Under the pieces are notes generated by a model that had not been told where the DNA came from, ran no database searches, and saw only the letters and a program-made list of their open reading frames with translations. The translations under genes and the position numbers were made by a program. Positions 61,701 to 64,000 of a DNA stretch of 64,000 nucleotides are shown in pieces (the stretch's first letter is position 1; the number at the start of each line of letters is the position of its first letter). The DNA is from Yuukianura sp. NJ FZ-2021 (taxonomy: Eukaryota): contig CM102286.1 in NCBI GenBank assembly GCA_046563655.1, forward strand, positions 806,001-870,000, in the 5' to 3' direction.

Positions 61701-64000
61701 CGTCTTGATACAACTGTTATGTTTTCTTCCCAGTCATCATCATCTGTAGCACTCCCTTCATTTCTTTCAGTAGTTTTAGTTTGAGTTGTCTTTTTCCATC
61801 CGGGACTGAACAGCTTCCTGCGCACTACAACAACCGAGCGTCCATCGTCCGATTCTCGTTTGCGACTAAAAAGCCTTCTACGTCCACGTTCTGTGTCACT
61901 GGATCCCCAGCCTCCAGTTTCACCTCCAGATTTCCTTGTGTTATAGACTCGACTCGAACGACGTTCAGTGTTTCCAGAGCCCTGTGAACCCACATCTTCG
62001 ACTTCTTCGACTTCATCTTGAGAGGAAGTCGTTGTCGTTGTGGTAGTCGTCTTCGATGAACCTGTTCCATCTCTCGCACCACTATTTGAAGTTCCGCTTT
62101 GACCTAAAATGACAGAATTCAATGAACTTCCTGATTCACCGGTTGAAGTTGAGCTTACAACAATGCTTTTAAGCTTACCCTCATCCGCTGACTCAGAAGC
62201 TGTTGAATTCGAAGCCTCCTCTTCCTCAAATGCACCTCCATTGCCAAACTCGCCAGTATTATTTTTTGAGACTTTTTTCGAACTCCAAGTTTTCTTTCCG
62301 CCGCTCCGTTTCCACCCTTTCTTTCCGCCAGAGGTCGTAGTAGTTTTCGTTGTTTTTCGAGTTTTACTGACACCGTTTGGCGAGTCATTTTGAAGCGTTT
62401 CGGTGGTGACATTTTTTTGTGTAGAATTAGTTCCATTCCCGTCGTCAGTAGTTTCAACACCAAGGGCTCGTTTCTTCCGCCGTTTGGTAGGTGGCGCCTG
62501 TGTAGTGCCGGCACCGGTTTCGTTTGTTCCGTTTGATTTGTTCACCAGGCCAGAAACTCCTCTTCCCAAATTACTAACCACAGATACAATTGGCTTTTCT
62601 TCTTTTGTATTTGGCTGTTCATCTTCATCATGACTGTGGACGTGGTCAGGATGTCCATGTCGATACTTTCGTGTTTTAGATTTTGACTTATGCTTCCAAT
62701 TTTTCTTCCCGTTTCCACGGCTTTCTGCATCTTCTTCCTCTTGAGAGTAGTATGCGTCATCATCGTCATCATTAGCAGTGGTGTCTTTATTTTTGTGGCC
62801 AAACTTCCCGCCCTTACCCCAACCTTTGCCATGAGTTTTGGAGTTACTACCACCTTTTCCGCCACCGGTTTTGGTTGTTGTGGTGTTCGTTATGGTCACT
62901 TCCTCAAAATCTTCCTCTTCAATTTCCGTTTCAGTTGTTTTTGTTCCAACCTTCTTTTTTAAATTACTTCCACTTGTTTCTTTACCATCTTCAGTTGCGG
63001 ATTCTGTATTAGTAATTCCGGTTTTCTTTGTTTTACTTTGACTGTTTCCGCTGGAATTCCCGCTGTCGTCCGCACCTTGGGTACTAGAACCGCTTTGTCC
63101 TTTTTTGGTTTTTGATGATCTGCTAATCTGTGTTGACTCAGATTCTTCCTCCTCTTCTACGTTAGTTGTACTTTTTCGTTTGGATTTGCTTAGGTTGGCC
63201 TGGTTATCTTCGGCCTCTCCTCCATCTGCAGATGTAGGCTTTGAGCCCTTGCCACTGTCACTTCCTGACTTACCTTTCGTGGTCGAGGAAGAGGATTTCC
63301 TCACAGAAGTTTCGGATTCTTCTTCCTCTTCTGTTCTAACTTCAGTTAATTTAGATTTTAATGTCGAAGTGTCCTTGCCCCCGTCATTTGGATTAAACTT
63401 CCCTTTTTTAGTTGATGATGTCGTGTTCGTTACCGAAGTTGATTCCTCCTCTTCCTGAACAACTACCTCCGTGATTTTTTTTGGCTTTGGTGTGGGCTTT
63501 CTGCCGTCATCTGGACCTGACTTTCCTTTCTTTGTGGACGAGGTAGTGTTTGTTACTGAAGTCGATTCCTCCGCTTCCTCAACAATGACCTCATTGACCT
63601 TTTTAGGCTTTGTAGTTGGTTTCTTGCCGTCATCAGGACCTGGCTTCCCTTTTTTAGTTGATGATGTCGTGTTCGTTACTGAAGTTGATTCCTCTTCTTC
63701 CTCAACAACGACCTCAGTAACTTTTTTAGGCTTCGGTGTGGGTTTTGTTGCGTCATCAGGACCTGACTTTCCTTTCTTAGTGGATGAAGTCGAGTTTGTT
63801 ACCGAAATGAATTCCTCTTCCTCAAGAACGACCTCACTGACTTTTTTAGGCTTTGTGGTGGGTTTTGTGCCGTCATCAGGACGTGACTTTCCTTTCTTAG
63901 TGGATGATGTCGAGTTTGTTACTGAAGTTGATTCCTCCTCTTCCTGAACGACGACTTCAGTGACTTTTTTAGGCTTTGGCGTGGGCTTTGTGCCGTCATC
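58758..64000 (-). CDS. Very large low-complexity S/T/G/K/E-rich repetitive protein, 5'-truncated by the window edge (at least 1722 aa); exons 64000-59122 and 59047-58758
   Basis: The frame reads as open from 64000 (DDGTKPTPKPKKVTEVVVQEEEE...) into ORF 63304-59057. A 74-nt GT-AG intron (59121-59048) joins in frame to the Tyr-rich last exon (stop 58758). All internal repeats have lengths that are multiples of 3. Confidence 0.85.
59290..59480 (-). repeat. 33-bp coding repeat (AQTSGSQSSTG), about 5-6 units
   Basis: Seen in both DNA and translation. Confidence 0.85.
59880..60320 (-). repeat. 87-bp coding repeat (ETGTDSSTASGQQASSGKYSSSRTDQVRS), 5 units
   Basis: CCGATCTTACTTGGTCGGTAC recurs at 60061 and 60148; units are near-identical. 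Confidence 0.9.
63300..64000 (-). repeat. 120-123-bp coding repeat (~41 aa), about 6 units, continuing beyond the window
   Basis: Anchor GTCAT(C/T) at 63995, 63872, 63752, 63629, 63506, 63383. Confidence 0.9.

Noticed and set aside
59076..63947. Numerous plus-strand and alternate-frame ORFs
   Set aside because: Antisense or out-of-frame shadows of the long low-complexity CDS.

Overview
AT-rich eukaryotic genomic DNA with spliceosomal introns and scattered TTAGG-type motifs. The taxon is probably an arthropod; springtail-like is only an inference. Most of the window is non-coding. The main feature is a complete 5.2-kb hAT DNA transposon (4591-9799, 8-bp TSD GCTCCATC, CAGAGCTA termini). It encodes an intact 4-exon transposase (about 644 aa, minus strand) and a convergent, spliced DEDDh 3'-5' exonuclease (about 287 aa, plus strand). 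The element contains seven hairpins of one design: two copies of the 9-mer CGGCAGWCC face each other in a symmetric internal loop, held by stems that differ in sequence from copy to copy. The seven alternate strictly in strand (+,-,+,-,+,-,+). Together these suggest an undescribed transposon-encoded nuclease plus cis-element system; its function is inferred, not shown. The rest of the window holds several non-autonomous TIR elements (IS3EU-like with an internal 176-bp satellite showing a 4-mer higher-order repeat; TA-TSD MITEs; Harbinger-like; Mutator-like), a 52-bp perfect palindrome, a 3-exon multi-pass chemoreceptor-like gene (54427-55798, minus), and the 3' part of a very large repetitive S/T/G/K/E-rich protein gene (58758 to beyond 64000, minus).
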